Positions 44,319-54,791 of a DNA stretch of 64,000 nucleotides are shown here, piece by piece. The translations under genes were made by a program, and so were the position numbers. Positions within the stretch are counted from its first letter, which is position 1, and each line of letters begins with the position of its first letter. The notes below the pieces were generated by a model. It saw only the letters and a list, made by a program, of their open reading frames with translations. It had not been told where the DNA came from and searched no databases. The stretch lies in assembly GCA_963749155.1 (NCBI GenBank), contig CAVVLO010000005.1:448001-512000 (forward strand), given 5' to 3'. This stretch comes from an uncultured Armatimonadia bacterium. GTDB taxonomy: Bacteria > Armatimonadota > Zipacnadia > CAVVLO01.

Positions 44319-45885
44319 AAGCTTTCCTCGCTGGGCTTGCTTGTGTAGGTCTGGTGGTGGCTACCAGGCTGCCCTGGTTCGGCGACCATATATTACAACA
44401 TCGACACCGCAGTTCGAGGGACACTCTGGTTGGGGCTGGTCAGAGGGCCTTGTGCCTCTGCGCGATCTTTATGGAAGCACCAAGCCGCCAGGCCTGGATC
44501 TCCTGTATATGGGGCTGTTCAAGGTTTTCGGAGTCAGCCTGGTCAGCCTTCAGTGGCTGGCCCTGGGCTTGACGCTCGCTACTGCGCTGGTTGTCGGACT
44601 GCTAGCCAAGGCCCTGTTCGATGGCCGGGCAGGTTTCTATGCCGCTTTTGCTTATGCGGGCGCCTCTTGCTTCGTTTATGGGCCGATGGACTGGCTGGAG
44701 CCACATACCGAATATCTCGCCACCTTGCTGGTGCTGCTTGCGGCGCTCTGCCTGGTGCCACTTGCTCGCGGGGGGAGCAGCCTGTGGGCTTTCCCCTCTG
44801 GCCTGCTGCTTGCCGAGGCCGCTTTCACAAGGCAAAACGTCTTGCTTTTCGCTTTCCCTCTGGCGCTGGGCTTCGGCCTTATGGCCTGGCGCCAAAGACC
44901 CAGAGCTGTGCCCTTTGCGCTGTTCTGGGGCCTCGCTGGGCTGGCAGGGGGCATCGCTCCCTGGGCCTTGTATTACCGGCAACTGGGCGCTCTTGATAAC
45001 TTGCTGCTGTTCAGTTGGACACTGCCAGGTACCTATGCGACAGGTCACTCTCCTGTAGATGCGCTTCTTGGTATGCCCTTTGCGCTGGGCAACTGGGCCA
45101 CAACCTGCGCGCCGGTGGCCGGGCTTGGACTAGGGTATCTCTTCCAGAAAGAAGAAGGCAGTCGGCTTAAAGGCGCCAAACTGCTGGTCTTGCTTATGCT
45201 GCTGGGAGGGATTGCCGCAGCTTCTCTTGGGGGACGCTTCTTCGGGCACTATCTGCTGATGATGGCCCCCTTTGCCGCGCTAGCTGCCGCGGGCGCTATC
45301 GCCGTGCTGGCGCCAGTGGTTTACTCCAGCAAAGTGAAATCAACGCCTGGCTCACCGGTGGCTGGCGCCCTGGCTTTGTTGTTCTTCGTATGGCTGTTTG
45401 CGGGCACCCTGGGCACCGCCCAACCGCCTTTGCGGGCGATTGCACGAAACGATCCTGGCAGTCTCACAGGTTATTACAACGGGGAGAAAGACTGGTTGCC
45501 TGCTGTGAAGACGCTAGTCCAGAAGAATACTCCTCCTGGCTCTCGAATCGCCGTTTTTGGTCATCCTTCTGTCTATATCACCTCGGACAGACTGCCTGCC
45601 GTGCGCGACTTCTGGGGCAATTTTGTGACTGCTTATCGCAGCCATAGTTCAAAGCCCGAGGCTTTCAAGTTTGTAGAGCGTCATTGGGCGGAGGATCTGG
45701 CGAAAGGTCAGGCGGCCCTGGTGTTGGATGTCGGTATAGAAAGCGAGGGTAATCCCAGATTGAAAGATTATCCCCAGGTAGCCAAAGTGCTCGCGCAGCA
45801 CTATCGATTTTCACCAGAGCTTTCGGCGAAAGTGCCCAAATTGCTGGTCTGGGTGCCGAAGAAGCCCCTAAAGCCCGTCAAATGA
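44315..45885 (+). CDS. GT-C membrane glycosyltransferase, copy 2 (two +1 shifts ~44392 and ~44427)
   Basis: Aligns with copy 3 (YNIDTAVRGTL…PLRDLYGSTKPPG…EPHTEY…GHYLL). ATGA overlap with copy 1. Confidence 0.8.
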
Positions 45886-47441
45886 AGAGCCTCTTGCTTT
45901 CACTGGCTTGCGCTGGCCTGGTCGTTTTCACGCGGCTGCCCTGGTTTGGCGACCATATCTTCAACATCGACTTGGCGGTGAGAGGCACGCTTGCCTGGGG
46001 CTGGTCCGAGGGCCTGGTACCTCTGCGCGACCTGTACGGCAGCACAAAGCCGCCAGGCCTGGATTTACTTTTCCTGGGACTCTTCAAAGTTTTCGGAGTC
46101 AATCTGGTCGCTCTGCAGTGGCTAGGACTTGCTTTGACCTTGGCGACGAGTCTGGTAGTCGGCCTGCTGGCGAAGGCGCTCTTCGATACCAGGGCTGCTT
46201 TCTACGCCGCCTTTGGTTATGTTGGAGCGACCTGTTTTGCGTTCAGGCCTATAGACTGGCTTGAGCCCAGCACCGAATATGTCTCAATCCTGCTCGTGCT
46301 GCTTGCCGCCCTTTGTCTCATACCTTTGGGGCGCGGTGGGAGCAGCCTTTGGGGCTTCCCGGCGGGGCTGCTGCTGGTCGAGGCCGCCTTTGTGCGCCAA
46401 AACTCGCTTCTCTTTGCCTTCCCACTGGCGCTGGGTTTCGGTCTTATGGCGTGGCAGAAGCGTCCGAAAGCCGTGCCTGGCGCTTTGCTGGCGGGAATCA
46501 CGGGCTTCCTGGCGGGCGCAGCGCCCTGGGTCTGGTATTACCACAGCCTCGGCGAGCTTGACGCCCTGGTGCTGTTCGGTTGGACCTTGCCAGGCCTCTA
46601 TGCGATGGGAGCCTCGCCCCTCGCCTGGCTGGCTGACGTACCGCTGAAGCTGGGGGGAAGAGCCCTCGTTTATGCTCCGGTAGCCTGGCCAGGGCTTTGG
46701 TATGTCCTCCAGAAAGAAGAAGGGTCCGAGCATAAAGGCGCCAGGCTGCTTGTGTTGCTTCTGCTGCTGGGGGGGCTGGCCTCCGTATCGCTGGGAGGGC
46801 GCTTCCAAGGTCATTATTTTTTGATGCTGGCGCCCTTTAGCGCCCTGGCGGCAGCTGGTGCGATTGCGGTGATGGGCTCATCCGGCAAGCCTCGCGAGAC
46901 CGGCCCCTCGTCCAGAGAGCGATGGCTTCGCACTTTGCTTGTCTGCTTTGTCATATGGCTGGTCCTGGGCGCCCTGAGAACCTCGATGCCCCCTCTGAAG
47001 GCTTATGCTGCCTCGGATGCGAAAAGTCTTGAAAGGTATTACAAAGGCCAGAGAGTCTCCACCCCTGCCGTTGTTGAGCTGGTGCAGCAAGCGACGCTGC
47101 CCGGCTCGCGGATAGCGGTCTTTGGGGGCCCTTCAGTCTATCTCAAATCAAACCGACTGCCCGCTGTACGCGACTTTTTCGGTAATCTCCTGACCGGTTA
47201 CAAAGGCCATAATTCGGATCCCGAAGCTTTCAAGTTCGCAGAGCGTGACTGGGCTGATGATTTGGCCAAAAGGCAGGTGGCGCTGGTCGTGGATGTCGGG
47301 CAGATGGGGGAGAGCAATCCCCGGCTTACGGATTATCCCCTGATTGCGCGGGCACTTGAGCAGCACTATCGGTTTTCGCCTGAACTGTCATCGAAGGCGC
47401 CAGGGGTGAAGGTCTGGGTTCCGAAATCCAGGCGACTCTAA
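45882..47441 (+). CDS. GT-C membrane glycosyltransferase, copy 3
   Basis: FNIDLAVRG…PLRDLYGSTKPPG…EPSTEY…RQN…GHYFL. ATGA overlap with copy 2. Confidence 0.82.
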   Translation: MKSLLLSLACAGLVVFTRLPWFGDHIFNIDLAVRGTLAWGWSEGLVPLRDLYGSTKPPGLDLLFLGLFKVFGVNLVALQWLGLALTLATSLVVGLLAKALFDTRAAFYAAFGYVGATCFAFRPIDWLEPSTEYVSILLVLLAALCLIPLGRGGSSLWGFPAGLLLVEAAFVRQNSLLFAFPLALGFGLMAWQKRPKAVPGALLAGITGFLAGAAPWVWYYHSLGELDALVLFGWTLPGLYAMGASPLAWLADVPLKLGGRALVYAPVAWPGLWYVLQKEEGSEHKGARLLVLLLLLGGLASVSLGGRFQGHYFLMLAPFSALAAAGAIAVMGSSGKPRETGPSSRERWLRTLLVCFVIWLVLGALRTSMPPLKAYAASDAKSLERYYKGQRVSTPAVVELVQQATLPGSRIAVFGGPSVYLKSNRLPAVRDFFGNLLTGYKGHNSDPEAFKFAERDWADDLAKRQVALVVDVGQMGESNPRLTDYPLIARALEQHYRFSPELSSKAPGVKVWVPKSRRL

Positions 47442-48784
47442 CCGGGAGCTGTCTCAGCGGCGGCTTCGGCTGAGAGTTCTCCTCTTGCGACACCTGCCGA
47501 AGCCAGCAGGATGAGCAAGGGATCGACTATCAACATCAGGCGCCCCATCACGTCAGGCCCGAGCATCAGGCAATGCGCCCCTATTACCAGGCCAAACAGC
47601 CAGGCGAGCCTGCGAGTTCGCTGAAGCCTTATCAATACCAGAAAGCCTGGCACCGCGAACCAGAGCACCAGGAGCTTCTGTGCAGTCTGAAGCGTGGTCA
47701 CCCAACCCAGAGGGTCGTCGTACAAGGTCGAAAGCGCCTTCAACGGCCCCCCCTCATAGAAAGCCTCGCGCACGCTGTCGACTGTGATATGACCGCGCAG
47801 CAACTGGAACCATAAAATGCGGTCAGGTACCAGAGGCGCGGTTATCGAGGTGGCCAGCCAGATGCCAATATAGGTATAAGGCTGGGCTTTGAGCTGGTCC
47901 AGGAATACTTCCTTTGACGCTTTGGCAACTTCAAACTGGGCTTTCGGATTGGAAACCGGCTTGCCCATAAGTTTCTCGACTTTTTTCCATAACTGGGCGC
48001 GTGTCTCGTCGAGGGATTTCCTGTGCAGATACGCTTCAATAAGAGCCGCATCCCATTCAAGCAAAGTGGTATCGGCCTTGGTCGAGAAAGCCAAAGCACC
48101 GAACACCTGCTTGTTGCGCACCAACCAGGGAGTGACAATCAGCCCGAAAATAAGCAAGGCAAGCAGGAAATAACCGACTTTCTTTTTTACAGAGCCAAAG
48201 GCAGTGACCAGTCCGACAGCGCCATATAACGGGAACACTTGCCCCTGCGGCTTGAACCAGGTTGCCAGTCCCCAAAGCGCGAAAGCGCCCAGCGTCGGTT
48301 TCAATACCGCATCAGGAGTCCTGACGAGGAGCCATAATCCTAGAAGCAGCAACAACCCGAAAACGGGATCGGGATGCAGAGTGTTTGAGACAAGCAGCCC
48401 GGTCAGCCAGCAGGCGCTGACCAGACCAGCGAACAGGGCCGCGCGGTCGCCAAACAGGCGCCAGGCGATTCGGCACAGGACTGCGACCAGGATGCCCCAC
48501 AGAAATACCTGCAGGAAGGTTGCGGCGCGCGGATGAACGCCAACTACAGCATAGATGAGCGCAAGCCAGGTAGGATAACCGGCGGGTCTGGCCGAGGACG
48601 CCTCCCAGGGAGAGCGTTCCATAGGGGTGAAGTAATGCCCGTTCTTTACCAGATTATCGGCGATGAGGTGGTATTCCTCGCCATCGCCTACCAGTAAATC
48701 CGACCCCATAACATAAACCCCCGCCCATAGGGCGAGGCCAAATAATATCGCCAGTAGCAGGCAATTGCGCTCCAGAGGTCGCAT
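47438..48784 (-). CDS. GT-C membrane glycosyltransferase (GT39-like), different subfamily
   Basis: GDGEEYHLIADNL…RPAGYPTWLA; KPQ; PWLVRNKQVFG; multi-TM. Confidence 0.8.
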   Translation of the reverse strand: MRPLERNCLLLAILFGLALWAGVYVMGSDLLVGDGEEYHLIADNLVKNGHYFTPMERSPWEASSARPAGYPTWLALIYAVVGVHPRAATFLQVFLWGILVAVLCRIAWRLFGDRAALFAGLVSACWLTGLLVSNTLHPDPVFGLLLLLGLWLLVRTPDAVLKPTLGAFALWGLATWFKPQGQVFPLYGAVGLVTAFGSVKKKVGYFLLALLIFGLIVTPWLVRNKQVFGALAFSTKADTTLLEWDAALIEAYLHRKSLDETRAQLWKKVEKLMGKPVSNPKAQFEVAKASKEVFLDQLKAQPYTYIGIWLATSITAPLVPDRILWFQLLRGHITVDSVREAFYEGGPLKALSTLYDDPLGWVTTLQTAQKLLVLWFAVPGFLVLIRLQRTRRLAWLFGLVIGAHCLMLGPDVMGRLMLIVDPLLILLASAGVARGELSAEAAAETAPG

Positions 48785-48921
48785 AAGCAGACCTTTATTA
48801 TACCTGCAGAGCGCAGGGTTTTTCCAGTAGATGTCGTAGAGAATCATCAGGAAGGTTCACAGAAGGCTTCCTCTGGCGTAAACTGGATGAAGACCGAGCT
48901 GCAGAAAAAGGGGGAACCAGC

Positions 48922-49572
48922 TTGGAGCCAAACGAGCCTGTTTATACTGCTGCCGAGGATCCGCGACTCAAGCGCGAAGCGGACCTGCTTGCCGCGGAAA
49001 TGCTGCAAAACTTGCTTGTGCCCGATGCCGAGTTGAAAGAGCTGCGCGCGCAGCTTGCCTACAGACTCGAGCATGCCTGGGCCCGTCATATGGACTCTCG
49101 CACAAGCGATGATGAAGCTTTGCGCCTGGCAGTAGCCTTTTTGCGCGATGATCTTTCTCTTCAGGAAAGCGTACAGAGCTTGCGCCGCACAGCTTTTCTT
49201 CGTCATGTCGGTATCGCTTTGTTCGGAGCCCTGATGTGGTTCCTGGGTATGCTTGCCTGGCTGCATTTTCTCGATCCAACGGAAATGGCCCGGCCCTTCA
49301 GTGTGGTGACCATTCCACTCGAGCCTGTGGTTGCTGCGATGCTCATAGGCTTTATAGTGGGTGTGCTCTCGTGTTCGCGTGGCTGGTTTTTCGCCGCCTG
49401 CTCGCAGCTACTTGGGCTTTCGCTATTACTGTTGTTCCGGTACCAACCCTTTTATGCTTCACTCGGCTTTTTGCTGTTGTTCGTGCCTTTGATAGTCGTG
49501 GTGGCAGGGATGTCTGGTTACCTTGCCGATCTGATGAAAGGCGAAGTGTCTTCGGCTGCCAGCCAGGCTTGA
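48922..49572 (+). CDS. Membrane protein with N-terminal helical (HAAS/permease-prefix-like) region and about 4 TM helices
   Basis: ELKELRAQLAYRLEHAW…SDDEALRLAVAFL followed by hydrophobic helices. TTG start after GGGGGA. Confidence 0.55.
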   Translation: MEPNEPVYTAAEDPRLKREADLLAAEMLQNLLVPDAELKELRAQLAYRLEHAWARHMDSRTSDDEALRLAVAFLRDDLSLQESVQSLRRTAFLRHVGIALFGALMWFLGMLAWLHFLDPTEMARPFSVVTIPLEPVVAAMLIGFIVGVLSCSRGWFFAACSQLLGLSLLLLFRYQPFYASLGFLLLFVPLIVVVAGMSGYLADLMKGEVSSAASQA

Positions 49573-49657
49573 AGGCCAGGGCTTGCCTTGTGGGCAAGGA
49601 CTGCGTTAGAAATCGGCTGGAGCCCTGAAAGGCCGGTCTTCCCAGGGGGAGCCCTGT

Positions 49658-50873
49658 TTGGTTGTAATTGCGATTTGCCTGACCTTGGTTTTACTACTGG
49701 CCGAGGCGCGCCTTGAGTTGCGCGCCGGGGCTGCTTCGCGTCCAATCACGCCTCCCATCGGCACTCCTCTTGGGGGATACGCAGCCAGGCAAGGGCGGCC
49801 TTCTACCGAAGTCCACGATGAGCTTTATGCCCGGGCAGTTGTGCTGGAACAGGCCAGCCGACGATTTGCCCTGGTCTCCTGCGACCTGGTGGGTATCACT
49901 CGGGATGTCAGGGCGCGCGTAGCCGACTTGCTTGCTCCCCTAGGGATTGGCCCATCTGACTTGCTGCTGGCCGCAACGCACACTCACTCAGGCTCGGGCG
50001 CTTTGGCGCGCGACCGCCTGGCCGAAGTCGTAATGGGAAAGTTCGATCCGAACTTGCTGGACTATACTCTGGACGCGGTCGCCGAAGCGGTGGCCGAGGC
50101 TGTCACTCGGCTCGAGCCTGTCACTCTGAAGACTGCCTCTGGCGTGGCGCCTGGCTTCGCGTGCAATCGTCGCCGGCCTGGAGGGCCTCATGACCCGACG
50201 ATTGGACTCCTTTCGCTGGAGCGCTTCCAGGGCGCGCCGGTCGCCTGGCTGACGAGTTTCGGAGCGCATCCAACCCTGCTTGGCCCTGACAACCTGGCTA
50301 TCTCACGAGACTGGCCGGGCCCTTTGGTGGACTGTTTGAAGCACTTTTCCGGAGCTGATGAGGTACTTTTCCTGAACGCCGCAGCCGGAGATCAGCGTCC
50401 CTGCGCTCGGGAGGAGACTGGAGCTTTCGCCGGAGTCGAAGCCTTTGGGAGCGCGCTCTGCGAGCAGTTCGCCGAGGTGGCGAAGGGCTTGTATGAGCTA
50501 CCCACAAGCCTCTTTGGCACTCGCTTTACCGAGCTACCTGTCACCGCGCCTGGGGCGGCCTTGTTCGAGCGCACTACAGCTCTTGTGCAAACGGTTGGGC
50601 TCGGTTCGGTTGTCTTCCTTGCCCTGCCCGGCGAGGTTTCATGCGAGCTGGGTCTGGCTTTCAGGCAGGGGGCTGAAGCACTTGGCTTCACGAACGCTTA
50701 TCTAGTCAGTCTGGCCAATGACCATTTAGGTTATCTGCTTTCCCCCGAGGACTATGCTCAGGGGGGCTATGAGGCTAAAATGGCCTTTTTCGGCCCAGAC
50801 ACGGGCAATCCAGACGATTGCAGTCGGCCTCGAGCAGGCCGCGATACTTGCCAGGGAGGCAGGACTTATATGA
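49658..50873 (+). CDS. Neutral/alkaline ceramidase-like amidohydrolase (frameshift ~50809)
   Basis: ITPPIGTPLGGY…VHDELYARAVVL; AATHTHSG; NRR; FGAHPT; ISRDWPG; GDQRP; LPGE; LANDHLGY; GGYE. The +1 frame ends …EAGLI-TGA at 50873. Confidence 0.8.
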
Positions 50874-51307
50874 GAGGCGGAGGAAGGGGCCCAGGCCCAG
50901 GTGGCCCTCACGGAAGAGGCGCTGGTAAAGGTGGATTCGGTCGCGCGGAGGGAGGAGCCGAACCTGTTGGCTGGCTGCCAGCTTCGCGCCTCGTGCTGCC
51001 ATCAGTACTACTTGTTATCGCCGAGAAAGGCGAAACTCACGGCTACGAACTCGCCAGTGAACTGGAAACGCTAAATCCCGAGGCTCGCATAGAGCCAGGC
51101 GCTGTGTATCGCGGTCTGAGACGTCTTGAAGAAGAGGCATACATTGTTTCTCGCTGGGACACCGAAGGCGGTGGCCCTGCCAGGCGACTCTACTCGCTTA
51201 CAGAAAAAGGGCAGAGTCTGCTTGCAAGCTACAATAAGGCTATCGAGCAACGTATAGTGATACTTCAGGGCTTGCTCAAGCGGCTGAAGAATCTCCCGCC
51301 CAGCTAG
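50870..51307 (+). CDS. PadR-family transcriptional regulator with Gly-rich N-terminus
   Basis: HGYEL…PGAVYRGLRRLEEE…SRWDTEGGGPARRLYSLTEKG. Has its own AGGGAGG RBS and an ATGA overlap with the upstream stop. Confidence 0.88.
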   Translation: MRGGGRGPGPGGPHGRGAGKGGFGRAEGGAEPVGWLPASRLVLPSVLLVIAEKGETHGYELASELETLNPEARIEPGAVYRGLRRLEEEAYIVSRWDTEGGGPARRLYSLTEKGQSLLASYNKAIEQRIVILQGLLKRLKNLPPS

Positions 51308-51333
51308 TCTGGCCTGGTTACCAACCTGGTTTG

Positions 51334-51368
51334 AAAAAGAAAGGACTCGGCCAAGGCCGAGTCCTTTC
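51334..51368. terminator. Probably bidirectional intrinsic terminator between convergent padR and phosphatase genes
   Basis: Perfect inverted repeat GAAAGGACTCGGCC-AA-GGCCGAGTCCTTTC, with an A-run on the left that gives a U-tract on the minus strand. Confidence 0.8.
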
Positions 51369-51391
51369 CAGCCCCTCTGGCTTTGCCTCGC

Positions 51392-53038
51392 TTACAAATC
51401 GAAAGAGTCCAGCACCTCGCCGAACTGGTTCTTTACCTTTACCGAGATGCGTTTGTGCTTCAAGGTCACCAGCACATAATGCTCTTCGGCGCTTGCCGCC
51501 CTGATGCTGCCGGCATAGGGTACGGTCAGGTCGGGCGGATACCAGGGCGCGCCCGCTCCGCCGGTTACGATCTGGGTCACCTGGTTTTTCCAAAGCGGAT
51601 TGATTGCCTTGTCCACGACCATCCGGGTGTAGTTATGCTCGTGACCGGCAAAGTAGGCCTTGACCTTGTGTTTGTCGAGGATAGCCCAGAACTTGTCCCT
51701 CTGCTCGGGATACTTGTCCATCGAGCTGCCTACATGGCCTCCGGTGCCCCAGGCTGGCTGGTGGGCAAAGACGAAGCAGAACTGCCCGCGCTTTGCAGCC
51801 TCAGCCAAATCCATATCAAGCCAGGCAAGCTGGTCATCGTCAATCTGCCCGGGAGCCCAGTCGAAATCGCTGCACACCGCTACGAAATGGCAGAAGCCAT
51901 AATCAAGGCTGAAGGTCGACTCCGAATAGTCTCTTGCAGGATCGGCGACCTGTGGACCGTTAAAGGGCAGCACCAGCCAGTCGCGCCAGTTGGCATCCCA
52001 GGTTTTGCCCTCTTCGCGAAGCCCGTGCTCGTGGTTGCCTGGTGAACTGTAGACGGGAAAACTGCTCCAGAAGGGCGCCATCGTCTTCAGGAAGGAGTCC
52101 ATCTGCAAAGCAGGCTTCTCGCCGCCGCTGACCAGGTCTCCGGTGAACAGGGCAAGCTCGGCGCCGTCGGCTTTGGCCATCCGGATAAGCTGCCCAAGCA
52201 CCGCGTAGTTGACCGAGTTGAGTTGATTGTCGAGACTCGGGTAAGCTGATTGCGCGCGGCTGTCGCCCATCACCACAAAGCTGAAGTCCGAACTCGGGTT
52301 GCGCTGCGTCCGGATGGGAGTCGACGGCAAGGTGAGCGTGTCTTCAAACCCTTCTGCCGTCAGCACCAGCTCATAGGTATAAGCCTTGTCTGGCAACAGC
52401 TTGTCCACCACGACTTCAAAACTGGTTGCCGGATCTGTCAGCACCTGCCGGCGGACTAATACTCCGTTCGTGTCCCGGACATTAATCATCGCCGTGGCAG
52501 GAAGGTTCAGTTGCCAGCAGAGAGTGACCGACTCGGAAGTGACCAGGTTGACCATTGGGCCGGCCACGGGCGCAAGGCCCAGCCGCTTTGCGCCAGCCTC
52601 ATCTGTTATCACCCGCAGAGTCGTGTCGTTGGAGCTGAACAGAGTACCACTTGTGGCTCCGACCGAGACCGCCCTGAAATGGATAACCAGCCCCAAGGGG
52701 ACGTTCGGCAGTTTTACAGAATGCTCGGTAACCGGCTCCGGTTCGGTAGCCGCAGCCTTCTGGCGGTAGTTGAGATAACTGGGCGCGGTCAGTCCGGTCG
52801 GGTCAAGCGGGGTGGCACTCACATAAGAGCCAATCGCGGCCTCATCGGTAGTCCAGGAGACCACCGGATTGCCCTCTTCATCCAGCGCCACAGTGGGGAA
52901 GAACCCATTTGCGGCGTTTGCCACCAGGCAGGCAGCCAAAATCAGAGCAATACCCAGCGCATACGCCAGGCCAAGCGACCTTGTGTGCTTCATCCAGCAG
53001 GCCTCCGAGTTCCTCAGAGTGGAGAAATCTCTTGCCAC
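51392..53038 (-). CDS. Secreted purple-acid-phosphatase-like metallophosphoesterase with Fn3-like domains
   Basis: Calcineurin-like motifs MGDSR, TGDLV, GNHE, AHQP and GHEHNY, with a hydrophobic N-terminal signal. Confidence 0.88.
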   Translation of the reverse strand: MARDFSTLRNSEACWMKHTRSLGLAYALGIALILAACLVANAANGFFPTVALDEEGNPVVSWTTDEAAIGSYVSATPLDPTGLTAPSYLNYRQKAAATEPEPVTEHSVKLPNVPLGLVIHFRAVSVGATSGTLFSSNDTTLRVITDEAGAKRLGLAPVAGPMVNLVTSESVTLCWQLNLPATAMINVRDTNGVLVRRQVLTDPATSFEVVVDKLLPDKAYTYELVLTAEGFEDTLTLPSTPIRTQRNPSSDFSFVVMGDSRAQSAYPSLDNQLNSVNYAVLGQLIRMAKADGAELALFTGDLVSGGEKPALQMDSFLKTMAPFWSSFPVYSSPGNHEHGLREEGKTWDANWRDWLVLPFNGPQVADPARDYSESTFSLDYGFCHFVAVCSDFDWAPGQIDDDQLAWLDMDLAEAAKRGQFCFVFAHQPAWGTGGHVGSSMDKYPEQRDKFWAILDKHKVKAYFAGHEHNYTRMVVDKAINPLWKNQVTQIVTGGAGAPWYPPDLTVPYAGSIRAASAEEHYVLVTLKHKRISVKVKNQFGEVLDSFDL

Positions 53039-53112
53039 CTAATAAGATAGCAGTAATCCCGGATTGGGGAAACTCCCCAACCCGGGATTTTAATTGTAGT
53101 TAGCCTGATGTT

Positions 53113-53823
53113 CTAGTCTTCGATGAAGTCCGGATGGGTCTGGGCATCTTCAGGAGCAGGCCTGCGGGTAAGCTGACGCAGCTTGCCTTCTCCTGCGTAA
53201 ATGACACGCTCGGCCACGTTGGTGATATGGTCGCCAATACGCTCGAAGTAGCGCGCAATCAGCACCAGCTCGAGACCGGTCTCGGTCAGTTCGGGACTGC
53301 GCTCCAGCGTGCTCATAAGCATACGCTTGCAGCGTTTGTACAGCCTGTCTATCTCTTTATCCATCACGCCTACGCGTTCGGCGCTCTCGATATCAAGCCC
53401 GCGGAAGGCTTCTATTGAGAGCTGCAGCATATTGAGGCAGATGGCCGGCATCTGGCGCAGGTCGGCCATTACCTCGGGGAAGGCTTCGGTCTCCAGCTTC
53501 CGGCTCGCTTTGGCCACATCTACACAATAATCGCCAACGCGTTCCAAATCTCCTGCGATGCGCAGCGCGCTCATAATCATCCGCAAATCACTGGCGGTGG
53601 GCTGCTGAGTGGCCAGCACGACGGCGCACTCGTGCTCGAGCTGCAACTCGAGTTCGTCCATCTGGTCTTCATAAGGCCCTATGATTTCGCGTACCAGCGA
53701 TTCTTGCGGGCTGGTCAAAGCTTCCATCGAGAGAGCGAGCATCTTCTCGCCTGTCAGCCCTGCGGCCAGCAGTTGCTCGTCAATGGTGCGAAGTGACTCT
53801 TCAAAGGTAAGCCGACGGGGCAT
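53113..53823 (-). CDS. phoU: Phosphate signalling protein PhoU
   Basis: QQPTASDLR…DLERVGDYCVDVA and ARYFERIGDHITNVAERVIY. AGGAGGAG RBS precedes ATG 53823. Confidence 0.95.
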   Translation of the reverse strand: MPRRLTFEESLRTIDEQLLAAGLTGEKMLALSMEALTSPQESLVREIIGPYEDQMDELELQLEHECAVVLATQQPTASDLRMIMSALRIAGDLERVGDYCVDVAKASRKLETEAFPEVMADLRQMPAICLNMLQLSIEAFRGLDIESAERVGVMDKEIDRLYKRCKRMLMSTLERSPELTETGLELVLIARYFERIGDHITNVAERVIYAGEGKLRQLTRRPAPEDAQTHPDFIED

Positions 53824-53839
53824 CTGGCTCCTCCTGGGA

Positions 53840-54709
53840 CTAACCCATACGGCCCGAGATATAAGCCTCGGTCCGTGGATGGCGTGGATTTGTGAAAAGC
53901 TCGTCAGTCTTGCCATATTCTATGAGAACGCCACTACGCCCTTCATCTACCCAGAAAACTCCGGTATAGTCGCTTACGCGACCTGCCTGCTGCATATTGT
54001 GGGTGACGATTACCAAGGTATACTGGGCCTTCAATTCGACCATAAGGTCTTCTATCCGCAAGGTGGCTATTGGGTCGAGGGCCGAGCAAGGCTCGTCCAT
54101 CAAAATTACCTCGGGCTTAACGGCAAGCGTCCTGGCGATGCACAGCCGCTGCTGCTGACCGCCCGACAGGCCAAGGCCACTTTGATGCAGTTTGTCTTTG
54201 ACCTCATCCCAGAGCGCCGCGCCCTGCAAGCTCTCTTCGACGATTTCCGCAAGTACAGCTTTGCGTTTCTCACCGTGGATGCGCGGCCCGTAAGCGACAT
54301 TGTCGAAGATGCTCATCGGGAAGGGATTTGGTTTCTGGAAGACCATCCCAACTCTCTTCCGTAGTTCGACAGGATCAACGTTCTGGGCATAAAGACTTTG
54401 CCCGTCCAGTTGCACGTCGCCTTCCAGTTTGAAGCCGGGGATGACATCATTCATCCTGTTGAGGCAGCGCAAGAAAGTGGATTTGCCGCAGCCAGAGGGC
54501 CCAATCAGCGCCACGATGCTGTTTGCGGGTATCATCATACTGCTAGGCTTCAAAGCCAGGAAGCTGCTATACCAGGTGCGCAATTCCACTGCGGCCAGGC
54601 ACACTTCGCCGGGTGGCGTCATAATATGACGCACTTCGTCCTCGACCGCGCTGCCTTGCGGTGTAGTCTCCAGCCTTACAGCTTGCTGTTCGGCTTCTGA
54701 AGCTTGCAT
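53840..54709 (-). CDS. pstB: Phosphate ABC transporter ATP-binding protein
   Basis: [74 protein letters not shown]. Confidence 0.96.
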   Translation of the reverse strand: MQASEAEQQAVRLETTPQGSAVEDEVRHIMTPPGEVCLAAVELRTWYSSFLALKPSSMMIPANSIVALIGPSGCGKSTFLRCLNRMNDVIPGFKLEGDVQLDGQSLYAQNVDPVELRKRVGMVFQKPNPFPMSIFDNVAYGPRIHGEKRKAVLAEIVEESLQGAALWDEVKDKLHQSGLGLSGGQQQRLCIARTLAVKPEVILMDEPCSALDPIATLRIEDLMVELKAQYTLVIVTHNMQQAGRVSDYTGVFWVDEGRSGVLIEYGKTDELFTNPRHPRTEAYISGRMG

Positions 54710-54791
54710 GGTAGGCGCTTTCTCCTTTAGCAAGTTCACCCTTTTGCACTCCTGCAGGCGACTGGATAGTCGAATTTCCGCCCGCACCTTC

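Noticed and set aside
49658..51307. Apparent 549-aa ceramidase-PadR fusion protein
   Set aside because: One extra base at ~50809 (AAT/C) creates it. The corrected amidase stops at TGA 50873, and padR has its own RBS and an ATGA-overlapped start.
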